DNA of 64,000 bases, from positions 96,968,001 through 97,032,000 of the forward strand of contig JANJGN010000007.1 of NCBI GenBank assembly GCA_026770705.1, read 5' to 3'. The stretch comes from Isurus oxyrinchus (lineage: Eukaryota). Below the pieces are notes generated by a model. That model did not search any database. It worked only from the letters and a program-made list of their open reading frames with translations, and was not told where the DNA came from. Below are positions 1-12,490 of the stretch, one piece after another. Numbering within the stretch: the stretch's first letter is position 1; each line of letters opens with the position of its first letter. The position numbers were made by a program, and so were the translations under genes.

Positions 1-900
1 AGGTAGCTTCACCGAGAGACCATTGTCAGAGGAATGAAGAGGTGGCGGGTTGAGGGATAACTGGTGTTCAATTGCGGGTTTCATTGTTTGATGGGCGTAG
101 ATAGGGTCAATGCCAAAGTTATTCCAGAAGATGGCTGTGCTTTATGATGAAGGGAACATGAGCTCAGAAGTTCAGTTTAAGATATATCTGGAGTTATACA
201 ACATCACATTAAGTCTTAGACAGCAGCTGGAGATAGAGAATGGAATCGCTGAAAACAGTGTGGAATTTCTGAAGCTCCTTAAATTGGAAAATGCTGTTTT
301 TCCCCAAGAATAAATGCATTTAATGGCAGCTCATTTTCAACAGTTTGTGACGTTTCGATAACACAAAGGCAGTGGAGAGTCGAGGGTGATTTTGGACAGT
401 TTGAGTTGTATGTTATCAGTGCATATGCCGAAGCTGATTCCATGCCTGAAAATGATGCTGCCAGTGAACAGCACATGGATGAAGAAGATACGCGTGCAAC
501 AATAGAATGTTCAGGCTACCCTTTGGTAACGGAGTTCCTGTGGGAAGATATGGCATTACTGGATATCCACTGGTTACTAACAGGTGTAAAGAGAAAGAAT
601 GGAACCAAATGAGGGTAACCCCATCAAACTAGATCAATGCTAAGTATATTGAGGGATCAAGGGTGGTTTTGGTTGTAGGCGATGTAGATGTGGCTCTCTT
701 AAGCATAATGATAACGCTTATACATATTAAGCGTGGGGGCAGTGGGAAACAGCTTGTTCACCGAGCGTAAGAACGATGGGTGAGTGGGATTCTTGAGAGC
801 TGTATATGGACATCAGATTTTTGCACCAGTTGACATGGGTGAAAAGTAGAGATTAGGTGACTAGTCAGAAGTGGACTGGAGAAGACTGAGTCAGTTCCAT
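1..900 (-). mobile_element. Decayed L2-type LINE, reverse transcriptase region
   Basis: The minus strand at ~390-530 reads SVTKG*P...IFFIHVLFTGSIIFRHGISFGICTDNIQLKLS, matching the L2 RT motif GVPQGSILGP..LF.IYMLPLG.II.KHGISFH.YADDTQLYLS. Stops and frameshifts are present. Boundaries approximate. Confidence 0.7.
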
Positions 901-2845
901 TTATTTGGAGACGTTAACCAATGTAGAATATTTAGGGAACACCTCTGAAGTAAAATAAAGAGAGAGGAATATCAAGGTGACGCATGCTACATGCGTGGCC
1001 TAATACATCCCCAAGTAATTTGTAGTCTGCAATCTGAAACTTGACCCAGAGTCGGAGGGTCAAAGCTAAGATTTTAACTGGGAAACTGCAACAAGAACGT
1101 GACACAGATCTGTTCTGTATTGAGTGCACACTGAATAAAAAACTATGGTATTTATAAATGTATCTCCAGAGTGACCGAATAAATAGTTATATTAAAACGG
1201 TAAATGTTCAACGCCGTTGGACCTGTTCTGCATGAATATGGCTTTGCGCTTTATTCCTGTGAGAGCTCTGACTAAGAAAATGCTCTCAACTAAGATAAGT
1301 GCGCCTTTTGTACATATAGTTACTCATAGCCGAGTCAAAGCTATTGGTGTAATGTGTTTGATCAAATAGCTGTAATAATTACTAATGATCAGCACAATAA
1401 CAGCGTCAGTGAATACATATCTCGTGTATAAATCGGATCTTAGTGTCATGAGTCATTCAGATTAGCTGCCGCATTTGTGATTACCAGGCCAACAGAAGTT
1501 GGTGCTTCTCACAAACATGGAATATGCAGAATAAAATATATTGTGTCTCCGATAATTTCAGCTGTGAGAGCTGTTAGAAAAAAAACAGAGCCTTTTTTTC
1601 AGTCCTAATGACTTGAATTGATGTTAATTGTCCTTATATAAGAATAATAATTTCTCATGTCACTTGTTTTTTACTCAGTCACCTGTTCTGTTCAAACGAA
1701 TATCCTCTGCCTCAGCATCAACAGTTTTGTAGCAGTAACTATATTATATTTCTATGATATTATCTGACCCGAATCGCGCGGGCAATGTTACATGAGTATT
1801 CGCTGCACTCAATGTAATGGATTTGGTGTATGGACGGAACAAGGCGGGAAGGTGCCGTTAACAATTTCATGTTGTGAAAATGACCTGGCCAGGAATAAAT
1901 TTATGAATTTGTTTTTTTTAATGATACTGGGACAGCATCTGGTGTTGAAAGGCGGCAGCAAAATACATTCCCTTCGCAGAAGAATGTTTCAGTTTAAATA
2001 CAATTGGAAACCATGTTTGGATATGGCTTGAGAAGTTCATGAATATGTCTGATTCCTCTTCAGATTTCTGCTACGGAAGTGACTTTGTTGCTAATACTTT
2101 CACATCTCCTTCTCTGATTCGCTGTGATTGTATTCACTATCAATCAACTATTTTGTAAGTGAAACGGGAAATGTGATTATTTTACATGCTTACATTGTAA
2201 CTGTTTGGATTCCGAGAAGGAAAACTGTAAAAACTGCGAAAAAAGAATACTGGTCCGAAATGATCCTGTGTAGCTTAAAATGGAACACCAGTAAAACTGA
2301 AAAAGGAGCACAGGCATGAACTACTTCCACGACCCCCGCAATGCAACTCAATGTTTTAGGCACGAACTGGATCCTCAAACGCGATCTGGAACTTCAGCGT
2401 CATCGCTGAGGCTGAGCCTTTTTCCTATTTTGGACCAGGCCCGTAGGCTTATTTAATCAAGAGCAACGGATGACCTGCACCTACCCTGTCCGATCATCGT
2501 CCTGATTATTGATTCGGAGCCCATAGAACAGATTATCTCAGTGTGGCCAATTTTGTAAAAATCCATCTCCCTGCCCCACCAGCATGGAACACTCACTCAG
2601 TCCATTCTATTAACTCTTTGCTGGCTTTCTTCACTAAATATATCGAGTTCTAAGTCATTACTGATAGCTGCATTTCAAACAATTCTCGGTGGGAAAACAC
2701 TGCTCGGATCGCTAACTCAGTTTTCACCATCTGATGCAGCAATCGAGTTAAGCATTTCATCGCTGATGCTGACCAATTGCTGTTTCGGCCCCAGGTCTGA
2801 ACAGTAATATCTCAGATTACTTTTACTTCTGTTCCAATTTTATGG

Positions 2846-3680
2846 TGTGGTCTCCCCATCTGCGTAATTCATTAGCAAATATGAATGACAACGGATGAAT
2901 TCCTGGTCGTTCTCAATGAACCCATACTAGGCTGCAATTAGTTTGCCAGAGTCATTTCTGAACATAACTCATGTGTTCGCACTCTTTGCCTTTCAGTATG
3001 AAGGCACTTGGTTTCTGCATGGTTCACAGTCGCTTTTACCATGGGTCGAGTTGTGGCCATTTGTTGCGAGAGACTAAAAACAAAATGTTGCACTGAGAAA
3101 AGAACAAAAGTTGTTCTCGGAATGGTGAGTGCCTCGGCTGGTTATTCTCTGTTCCCTGGTAATTTACATATGAACTACAATACACACTTGGCAACGATTC
3201 CTGGCTCAGGCCCATAAATTGAGCTTTGCTACTCCCCCGCATGTGCCACATTTGTATTGTATCATTCAATCTCAACTCTTGGTCACCCTGCCTGACTTTG
3301 CTACCAAATATTCTGGCATTCAGGCTTGCTTTAATGACCAGTTGAGTCCATGAGGAATTCCAGGGATGAATTAATGGACTTAACCACAAGGATCCAGAGA
3401 TGGAAACACGAAGGGAATAGATAATTTCACTTTTCAGTACACCTGGCAGCTTTATTCCGCTAAAAGTGACATGTATTGCATATAATATTTGCCAGCGAAG
3501 GACAAATATTCGATTTCATTCCTTCAACGGTGACTACTGCATCTCAGAGCATACATGAAAGATGCTACGACATCTCAGTTCTTGCACCATAACTTGGATA
3601 TATGCTGTGGCACAGTCTAAAGCTAAAGAGAGCAAAAGAGACTGCATAACGTTCATTTGTTCTTATTATTAAGTTAGTTA
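2846..3680 (+). pseudogene. GPR139/GPR142-like class A GPCR pseudogene (main coding exon)
   Basis: Collinear motifs: CGLPICVIH* (cf. CGLSKCITRYL), VSAWFTVAFTMGRVVAICCERLKTKCCTEK (TM3/DRY region, cf. SVWLTVAFTFDRFVAICCQKLKTKYCTEK), KDPEMETRRE*IISLFSTPGSFI (IL3/TM6) and MLRHLSSCTITWIYAVAQSK (TM7). Multiple stops and frameshifts. Confidence 0.85.
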
Positions 3681-3739
3681 ATTCATAGAAATTGCCGAAT
3701 AGTTTCAAACATTGGCATTTCTCCAAGTGCTGCATGTAA

Positions 3740-4810
3740 TTGAGCACAGAAACAAAAGGATAAGAGAGAGTAATACCTGGTTGGAAGATGGTTCAGGAGG
3801 ATGGGCTTTAGGTTGCTGTTACACTGGTACTGTCTCTGGGAGAGATGCACCTGAAAAGAGCCTGGATTGTGTTCCTTGTGGAAAGATTTAGCATGGGCTT
3901 TAAAATAACGGTTTATAAACAAAGAGGGAATATTAGTGAGCAATAACAATATCAACAAAATGCTGGGACAGAAAGATACCACTGGAGTAGGACACAGTAA
4001 CGTCTTAGGATGCGTCGGAGTAAGGGAGAAAAAAAGCCTCAATTAGGGTTACATTGCATATAAGTGAATGCACAGGTTATCGTAAATAAAATTGGTGACT
4101 TACTGGCACGGATTGCCATGCCGAAATATGAAGTTGTGCTGATAACAGATAACTAGACATGGAGGACTGGGTGTTCACTATTCCTGCGTACAAGGTGTTC
4201 AGGAAAGATAGGGTGGGGAGAAAACCAGGAGGGGTGGCTGCATTGGTTAAGATGAGGATTACAGTGCTGGAGAACGATTATGTCCCAGAGGGGTCAGTGG
4301 CAGAATCAATTTCTCTGGAGCTTAGTAACAAAATGGAAGGAATAAGATTGTGCGGTGGAGCATACAGGCCAGCAAGGGGTACGAAGGATGTAAATGGACA
4401 ATTCTGAAGGGAATTTACAGGGAGGAACATAAGTTATGGTGCAATGTTGGCCTTTAATTATTCGCATATAGACTCATGAGCGGCAGTGTAAAGAGCCGAA
4501 TGGGGTACAAGATAATAGAATGTTTTCAGGAAAATCTTCTACAGCAATATGTGTCCAGTCCAGCCAGAAAGGAGGCACTGCTAGACTTTTTTCTGAGAAA
4601 AGAGTTGGGGCAAGTAGATGAACTATCATTTGAACAATCTAAAGGAAACAGTCTTCAAGTTGTCAAAAGATTTGGAAGGACGGCAGAAAAGTGCAATGAG
4701 CAACAAGAGAAACAATAATGAACTGAGGGCGGGGCGACTTCACTGGGACAAGAACAGAGCTGGGCCAGATTGATTGGGACCAACGATTGGCGGGAGCAAC
4801 TATGACTGAA
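3740..4810 (+). mobile_element. CR1 LINE fragment (end of ORF1 plus ORF2 AP-endonuclease)
   Basis: VNAQVIVNKIGDLLARIAMPKYEVVLITD, IPAYKVFRKDRVGRKPGGVAALVK and ECFQENLLQQYVSSPARKEALLD are CR1 endonuclease motifs. Confidence 0.85.
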
Positions 4811-4819
4811 AAATCATAA

Positions 4820-6873
4820 TTTCCATGTTGTTGATATAGAGGGATTCAATGATAGTAATGCGATCAAGCTTCAAGGAGCGATGGTTATCTCTAGAGTAGA
4901 TTATCTCTACTTGGACATGGTCATTTCCTTGCACTTTTGTTGCGCAAATGTTATTTGCCACTTGTCAGTACAAGGCTAGATATTTTACATGTCTTGCTGA
5001 ATTTCGATATGTACTGCTTCAGTATCTGAGGAGCCGTGAATGGTCATAAATATTGTGCAAACAACAGCGATTATCCTAACTGCTGAACTTATGTTGTAAT
5101 CACCATCTTCCTTTGTGCTCGGTATGACTCCACTCACTGGGGTATTCCACCTGATTCCCATCGACTCCAGTTTTGCTAGGTCTCCTTGATGCCATGCTCT
5201 GTCAAATGTGACATTGATGTCAAGGGCAATCGCTCTCACATTACCTCGGGAGTTCAGCTGTTTTATCTATGTTTCAACAAGGCTGCAATGAGGTCGGGAG
5301 CTGTGTAAGCCTGGGCGGAAAATGAACTGGGAGTCATTGAGCAGGTTATTGCTAAGCAAGTGATACCTGATAACACTGTTGATGAGGCCCACCATCGCTT
5401 TACTCATCATCGAGAGTACACTGATGAGGCAGTAATCCGATGGTTTGGATTCATCCTGCTTTTTGTGTACAGAGCATACCTTGGGAATTTTGCACATGGA
5501 CTGTAGATTCCATTGTTGTAACATTACTGAAACAGCTTGCCTAGGAGACCAGTAAGTTCTGAACACAAACCTTTGGTAATTTTGCCAGAATATTGCCAGT
5601 GCACATACTTTGCACTATGTCTTCGACCATTTTTTTCATATCACGTGGAGTTAATTGAATTGACTGGAGACTGGCATCTGTGATGCTGGAGGCAACCGGA
5701 AGACGATGATGGTGATGCCCCTGTCGACACTTGTGGCTTAAAATTATAGCAAACTCTTCAGCTATATCTTTTGAACTGATTGCTAGTAACCAACCTAAGA
5801 CAACACTCCCCCTCCCCAGCCACCCCGCCGCCCCCCTCCCCCACACATCCAACTGCCCAATTCAATGAGGAAGCGGATATTTGTGGAAGCTTCTCTGTTG
5901 TTGTTTAATTGTCCACCACAATTCACGACTGGATGTTCAAGGACTGTAGATCTTCGACCTGAATCGTTGGTGTATCACCTTTCTCTGTCTATCATTTCAT
6001 GCTTATGCTGTTGTCACGCAAGAAATCTTGCGCTTTAGTTTCATCGTGTCATTTTTAGTTATGCCCGATACTGTTCCTGGCAATCTTCATTGATACAGGG
6101 TTGCTACCCTGGCTTAATGGTAAGGGTAGCATCTGGGATATGCCGGGCCATGAAATTACAGTGTGTGTGTGAGTAGAATTCTGCTGCTGCTGATGGTCCA
6201 CAGCGCCTCACTGAGTCTGGAGCTGCTTGATCTGTTCGAAATCTATCCCATTTAGAACGGTGGGAGTGCCACAAAACACGATGGGGTGTATCCTCAATAT
6301 GAAGGCCGGACTTCCTCTGCACAATGACTTTACAGTGGTCACTGCTATGATGCTATCATGGACATATGCGTCTGAGCCTGGCAGGTTAGTGAGGATGAAG
6401 TCAGTACCTTATTTCCCCTGAGCCACAGACTCAGTCTAGCCGTTTGGTCTCTCAGGACTGAGACAGCAGTATTGCTGCCGAGCCACTGTTGCTGATGGAA
6501 ATACTGCTAAAGGCACATTCTGCACCCTTGCACTCTTCGGTTTCACTCTTCTTTGTAACTTTGTCGTGGTTTGTTACAACTGGATGGCTTACTGGGCCAT
6601 TTCAGAGGGCATATAAGAATGAACCACATTAATGTGGGTCTGGAATCACAGACCAGGTAAGGACGGCAGTTTTCCTTCTCTAAAGTGCATAATTGAATTT
6701 GATATTTCTTTTTCTCAAGAACCACCAATGGTTTAACGGCCATCATTGGATTTTTATTTTACAGATTTTGCTTTATTGAATTAAAATTCCAGCCTTTTAC
6801 GCGGCATGACTCGAATCCATGCCCACGGACGTTTGCTCTGCATTCACTAGTCGAGCAACAATACCACTACGCC
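4820..6873 (-). mobile_element. CR1/L2-group (Crack/Daphne-like) LINE with a tRNA-derived 5' head, internally deleted and decayed
   Basis: Minus-strand RT motifs VHKKQDESKPSDYCLISVLSMMSKAMVGLIN...LLNDSQFIFRPG and RAIALDINVTFDRAWHQG, plus endonuclease remnants at 6100-6480. The 5' end (6575-6873) starts GGCGTAGTGGTA (A-box-like) and contains GGATTCGAGTC (B-box-like). Confidence 0.75.
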
Positions 6874-6929
6874 TTGGCATTTCCATGTCATCCATTTAAA
6901 GACATTGAAGGAAGTGAGCGTGGAAATTG

Positions 6930-8240
6930 CACGGTCAGGGACCAATTTAATTCAGTCATTCCGAGCCTCAGGGGAGGTGCCAGAGGATGGTAAATTCCAA
7001 ATATTATGCCCTTCCTCAAGGAAGGTTGTAAGGATATGCTCAACAAGTACAGGTCAGCCAATTTAACTTCACTGGCGGGGAAACTTCGAGTGACAATTAT
7101 TCGTGACATAATTGATTGGTCAAGTGGAAAAATGTGGGTTGAAAATGATGAGCCAGCATGGGTGCCTTAAGGGAAAATCTACTAACTAAATTTCTGTCTT
7201 TTTATGAAAAAATAACACAGACGTTCAATGAAGGATTTTATGTTGATGTGGTGAACATGGGCTTCAAAAGGCCATTTTTGGCAATGCCATATGACAGTTT
7301 TGTGGGAAAACATATAGCTCATGGGATATGAATGATGCAAAGCATATAAGCAATGACAACTGTAAGCAGGGCAGCGCAGAACTTCAAAAGGACTTAAACA
7401 AGTGATTGGAGTGAGAGGATGATGGCAGATGAAGTTGAATGCAGAGAAGTGTTAAGTCATTCATGTTGTTATAAATAAAACGGAGAGACAAAAAAAGTAA
7501 TGTCTGCAACGGTTTAGGGTCTGCAAGGCCGTAAGGACATAGGTGCATATGTACATAAGTCATTAAAAGTGGCAGGACCGGTGGAGAGAGCAATTATTAA
7601 TACATACAGTATCTGAAACTTTATTAATGGAGGCATAGGCTTTATGTGCAAGGAGGTTATACTGAACTTGCATAGGACACTAGTTAGACCACAACTGGAG
7701 TATTGCATACAGCTCTGTTCATCACAATTTCGGAAGGATGTGAGCACATTGAAGGGAGTGCATAAGAGGTTTAATAAATGGTTCCCGGGATGAGAATCTG
7801 CAGTTATGAAGATAGGTGGATGATTTTATGGCTGTCCTCCTTGGAGAGCAGAAGTTTAAGAGGAATTCAGATAGATGTGTGTAAAATCATGACGGCCTCG
7901 ATAGAGTAGATATCGATGAACATTTCCCATTCTTAAACTGTCGTGAACCAGCGGGCATAGATTTAAAGTGATTTGCAAAAGAAGCAAATGCAATGTGAAT
8001 AAACAATAACTTCTTTTTGCACACATGGAGTGGTCCGGGTCCAGAATGCACTTCCTGGGAATGTCGTGGGGGCAGGTTCAATCCATGTGTTCAACATGTC
8101 CTTCGATTATTATTTAAATATGAACAATATTAGAGGGAAAATGCAGGAGATCGGCACTGAGGCATAATTCCCATTTGGAGCACAGGTAGAGACATGATGC
8201 TCCAAAATGATTCCTCCTGCACCTTAAAAAACATATGATT
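6930..8240 (+). mobile_element. Decayed CR1 LINE (RT and 3' region)
   Basis: Remnants of YRSANLTSLAGKL, DVVNMGFKRPF, LNLHRTLVRPQLEYCIQL and a CR1-like 3' UTR. Confidence 0.8.
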
Positions 8241-8739
8241 ATGTATTTCTGCAATCCTTGATTTCACATTACACCACCTGCGCTCCTCAAGGGACATAAA
8301 TTGTATCTTATATTAGCAAAAGAGAATACTAAAATAATTTGAACCTGATTCTGACTTTAGATTTCATTCACATTCTATCCATTTGAGACAGTTGGATGGT
8401 CGGGGATGGGAGTAGGTGGCGTTGTTCAGCAGATAAATCATGAATTGTTTTCGAAATCAATATCAGCTGCACTTCAACTGAAACCAACAGTTCCAATAGC
8501 AGAATGGACAACAATACAAGTCCACACTCCTTTATAATGGGGTGCTGGGGCTTTGAGGGAGGGGGGGGGGGTTGGGATCGGTGTTGGTCCTCCAGGCATA
8601 CAATTCAGCACTCCTCTCTGTTTCCCGTCACTCGGTCAACTACTTAGCATGCTGCAACTGTGACGTGTATGCCATGCCCCTATGTGGTGGCAGTCTTCCT
8701 GGACATGACAAACTGCACCCACTGCATGTAACATAGGAT

Positions 8740-9125
8740 TGGGACGTAGTAACTATCATCCCTCTGTTTCAGAAAAGATGAAAGGAAAACACAAAACGGT
8801 GGAATATAGGCCATTTAGTCCAGCATCAGTTTCAGGTAAAATCCAAGTGGTTATTATGAGGGACCTCCTAACAGGGCACGTAGAACATCATAACGTGATT
8901 ATGAAGAGGCGGCAGGAATTTTCATCAGAAAAACGTGATTGACAAATCGTTCTGCCTAATGTTCCTGGTAGGATAGATAATGTGAATACAGTGAATGTAA
9001 CATTTGGAAAGTTGGCAAACCAATAGGCGATTACACAAAATGTGGATACATTGAATTGGCGGTAAGGTATTGACCTGGATTGAGGATTGCATAATGGGTA
9101 GAAAAGGGAGACTAAGTCTGGACAA
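8740..9125 (+). mobile_element. CR1 RT fragment
   Basis: EYRPFSPASVSGKI motif (cf. NYRPVSLTSVVGKI). Confidence 0.65.
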
Positions 9126-11880
9126 AACATTTGGTGGGAGATGCTGGTGTAGTGGCACTGCCATTGGGCTAATAATCCAGAGGCGTAGGCTAATGGTGTA
9201 TTTGCTCAAATCATACCACCACAGCTGGTGACATTTAAAATTCAATTAATTCAGCAAAAGGTTAGACCTGATCAGGCCTACACTGACCAGCACCAATTGT
9301 GGTTGAAAATTGAGTGCTATCATGAGTAGTTAGGGATGCACAACAAATGCACGCCTTGCCAGTTGCACTCACATTCCATGCACAAATCTTACTAAGAATA
9401 AATAGATGTATTGGCAAGCTAAAATTGATATGGTGCCAGAAGGATAAGTAATTGAGCCTGAAATGTTTAACACCTGCGTTTGTACCCTAAGGAGGGTTCC
9501 TATGACATGAAACACGTCAAATTCTGTATGCCCAACATTGTTTTATTGTTGCAATATTATAATATTTTATGCTGCAGTTAAAAAAGGGCTGCTTCAGGTC
9601 AGATGAGGACAGTGCTGGCCCTTTGTCCTAGGAGATATCACCAGGAATTACAGAATAAAATTGGTGGGCAACAAATACTGGCCTTGCCAGCTGCACTCAC
9701 AATCCATGACCAAATCATGATTAGAATAAATGGATTGTTTGGCAAGCTGTAGCTAACAAGGTAGCACAAGGCTTGTTAAACTGCAATTAACCATGAATAC
9801 GACATCACATGGTACATTGATCTGGACTTTATGGACAGTTTTAACATTTTCTCTTAAACTTCACAGGCAGTCTGCTGTTTAGCATTGAATTGGCGAACCA
9901 GCAAGAATCAGGCCACCAGGAAGAACAGCAGCCTCTTCCTTAACGCTGTCTCTTCTCGAAGGTTTCCTATCATCGCTTGCAAAGCCGGCCCAGTCTCTGT
10001 GTAGGAGTATCATCTTGCCGTATGAGCACCAATTGTAAAGCGACTTCTACAGCTTTGGTCTTCAGCCAGGTAAACTCGAAAAAAGTAAACGGAAAAAAAA
10101 TCCTTATGGAAATCTGAATAGGGACTCAGAAAATCACATGAACACGTAGTAATTTCAGTGGTTCTTGTACAGTTCCTATCCATAGTTTTATAACTCCGCT
10201 TTTTCTGTCACCAAACCACTCCCCCACCCCACCCCAACTTCAATGTGTGTGTTTGCGTATGCGTGTGTTTGTTTGCGTGTCTTTGTGTGCCTGTGTAGAT
10301 GTGTCGTCGAGTGGGAACTTGGAAACACCCTTCGGTAGGGATTTTATTGTGCAATTAATTAACTATTCTAAGTTAATTATAGCGCGAATTTACTGAAGAT
10401 ATTTGTTAGATTCGATCACAAAAAATGACAGTTTGGGAAAACAAGCTATTGCATTATTTTAAAAAAACCATGAGACTGTCTCGTTGAGAACAGGTGGGGA
10501 CAGGAATTAATTACCGTTTGCCTGTCTCTCGCCTGAGTGCAAAAACAAAAAACCTATTATTGCTTACAGTCTGGGGCAAGTTTGCCTTCATCGGCATTTG
10601 CGAATCAATGTCAATGGAAGTAACATGTTTTTAAATCAAGTTATTATAAAGCCAAATGGAATGATTGGTTTTTTTCTCACAAAATGATTGCAATCCAATA
10701 ATTAAGACGTTTACTTAAATTATACAGCGTATTGCAAACTTACATGTAGCAAACTGTGTGAATCCTTGTCCCCTTACTTCAGGAAAAGAAAAACGCATGC
10801 TTGCCGTACAGGGGCTACATCTAATTCTAACTAAACGGCTTCCCTGAATCTCAGCACTGTCCTATGAGGAGAAGTTGAGTAGACCAGACCGATATAGCGA
10901 TTTGCAATTAAGTCGTTATATAATTCTTAGGGCGTTTGAAATGTAAGTGCTGAAAAATGGTTCTAATTGTTGAATAATGTGCAATACAAGTTCAAAGTCT
11001 CAGAAAGCATCCTAAATATATATGCTAATAGGGTACTGTCTAAACCATGACCTCTTAATTCGCAGAGTAAAACTTAATGTAGCACATTGTCAGATACCTT
11101 TTCAAAATTCAGTATAAAACATCTATTCGTGCCTGTTGATTCAGCCTGATTGCAAATGCTCAAATATATAATAACTTTATGAAACATGATTTCCCTTTCA
11201 TGAAACCATGTTGACTATTCCTCATTTCATTATGGTTTTCTAAATGTCCTGCTGATGTTTTCTTAATAATTGTTTGGAGCATTTTTCCTGTGAAAGTCTA
11301 ACTGGCCAACTGTGTTCACTTTTCTGCCTTCCTAGGTTTTTAATAGTGCTGTTATATTTGCTATCCTTTCTTCTAAACTCTAGGCAATGTAGGCAGTGTT
11401 TACAAGTTCATCTCTTCCCAGCAATCAGTCACGTAACATTTCACATTTACAGTCACCGCAACATCTCAGCGTCGTGCTACATGTGACATCAGTAAAAGCT
11501 ATTCCGGCGTTTTGGACTGAGGGCTGAATTATCTTCTGTCTGGAGGTCAATGCTATCCTTCGCATTCTTGTGACCAGGGTATAATGATGGCCATACAGCT
11601 GTTGGACATTAGTAGCTATCGGAAGGCCGTTCAAACTCTCATCCATCGGAATTGTCTGGTAGTTTAAAACTTCCCATAGGCTTAATAATCTTTCACAGGT
11701 CCCTCTGCCAATGTTTCTTGCAGTGGTCTCGGGGTTTGAGATTTGGACTAAATGTGGACTATATGCCCTGGTACTTTCCACAGTATTGATTCACTTTGAT
11801 AATTTCTGGTGGAAGCCAGTGTTTAACAGTGTAACAAATTCACATCAGCAATTGTTCTCCTGCGCATCACCAACCTCAGA
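9100..11880 (+). repeat. Segmental duplicate of ~21930-24000 joined to ~34080-34720
   Basis: Collinear shared blocks: SINE copy, CCAGGAATTACA, GTAT(G/T)AGCAC...CTCGAAA, ATTTC(A/G)GTGGTTCTTGT, a TG-rich tract, CCTGTCTCT, then GAA(A/C)CAT(G/T)ATTTCCCTTT...ATGTGACA and AACTTCCCA. Confidence 0.7.
9140..9390 (+). mobile_element. tRNA-derived SINE (same head and tail as the 4.8-6.9 kb LINE family)
   Basis: Head GGTGTAGTGGCACTGCCATTGGGCTAATAATCCAGAGG...TCAAATCATACCAC and tail TTAGGGATG..CAAATG..GCCTTGCCAGTTGCACTCACATTCCATG. A second tail copy lies at ~9660-9720. Confidence 0.7.
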
Positions 11881-11889
11881 CCTCTTACC

Positions 11890-12490
11890 TTAGTAACACC
11901 CTTCCTGATCTCACCACCCCGAGCCCTTACTATCAGCACCCCGACTCGACGACTCACTGCCGCTCAAACTAAACATCCCCAGTTATGGCCACGCATCATT
12001 TACCCGACTATCCACATCGCCTAATCGAGAGCACCCCCTTGGACAACACTGCCTACCTAACAGTATGGACTACAGAACCCGACAGAACCACCCAGCCAAC
12101 CGGTCCATCTCCTCAACTGCATGTCCCTAGTATCTACTTCTACGTCTACACCCACCAAATCAACAACACATGCCCTGACACGATTTCCGACCTTCCTTGA
12201 CTAGAATGACCACACCCACTACGGGACTACCCACAAGCTGACCCGATTACACACGTTCTCTGCTACTACTGCCTACCATCCCCAACAAGTCTAGTCACAT
12301 CTACACCCGTCTCCACAGCCCCTGGACTCGACGACCCACCCACTTGTCATGATTATCGACGCACCCGATGCGACTGCACACTGGGAACTGAGCTTCAAAT
12401 TCAGGGCCCGACTGACCACGGGCACACTCGACTGCCCACCCCGGATGCGTCTACTCAATTTCCGATCGGACTGCTCAACCTCCCGTTCTT
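11890..12490. repeat. C/A-rich degenerate low-complexity repeat (CCCGAC/CCACCC units)
   Basis: Recurrent cccgac, cgact and ccaccc motifs with strong strand asymmetry. Confidence 0.55.
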
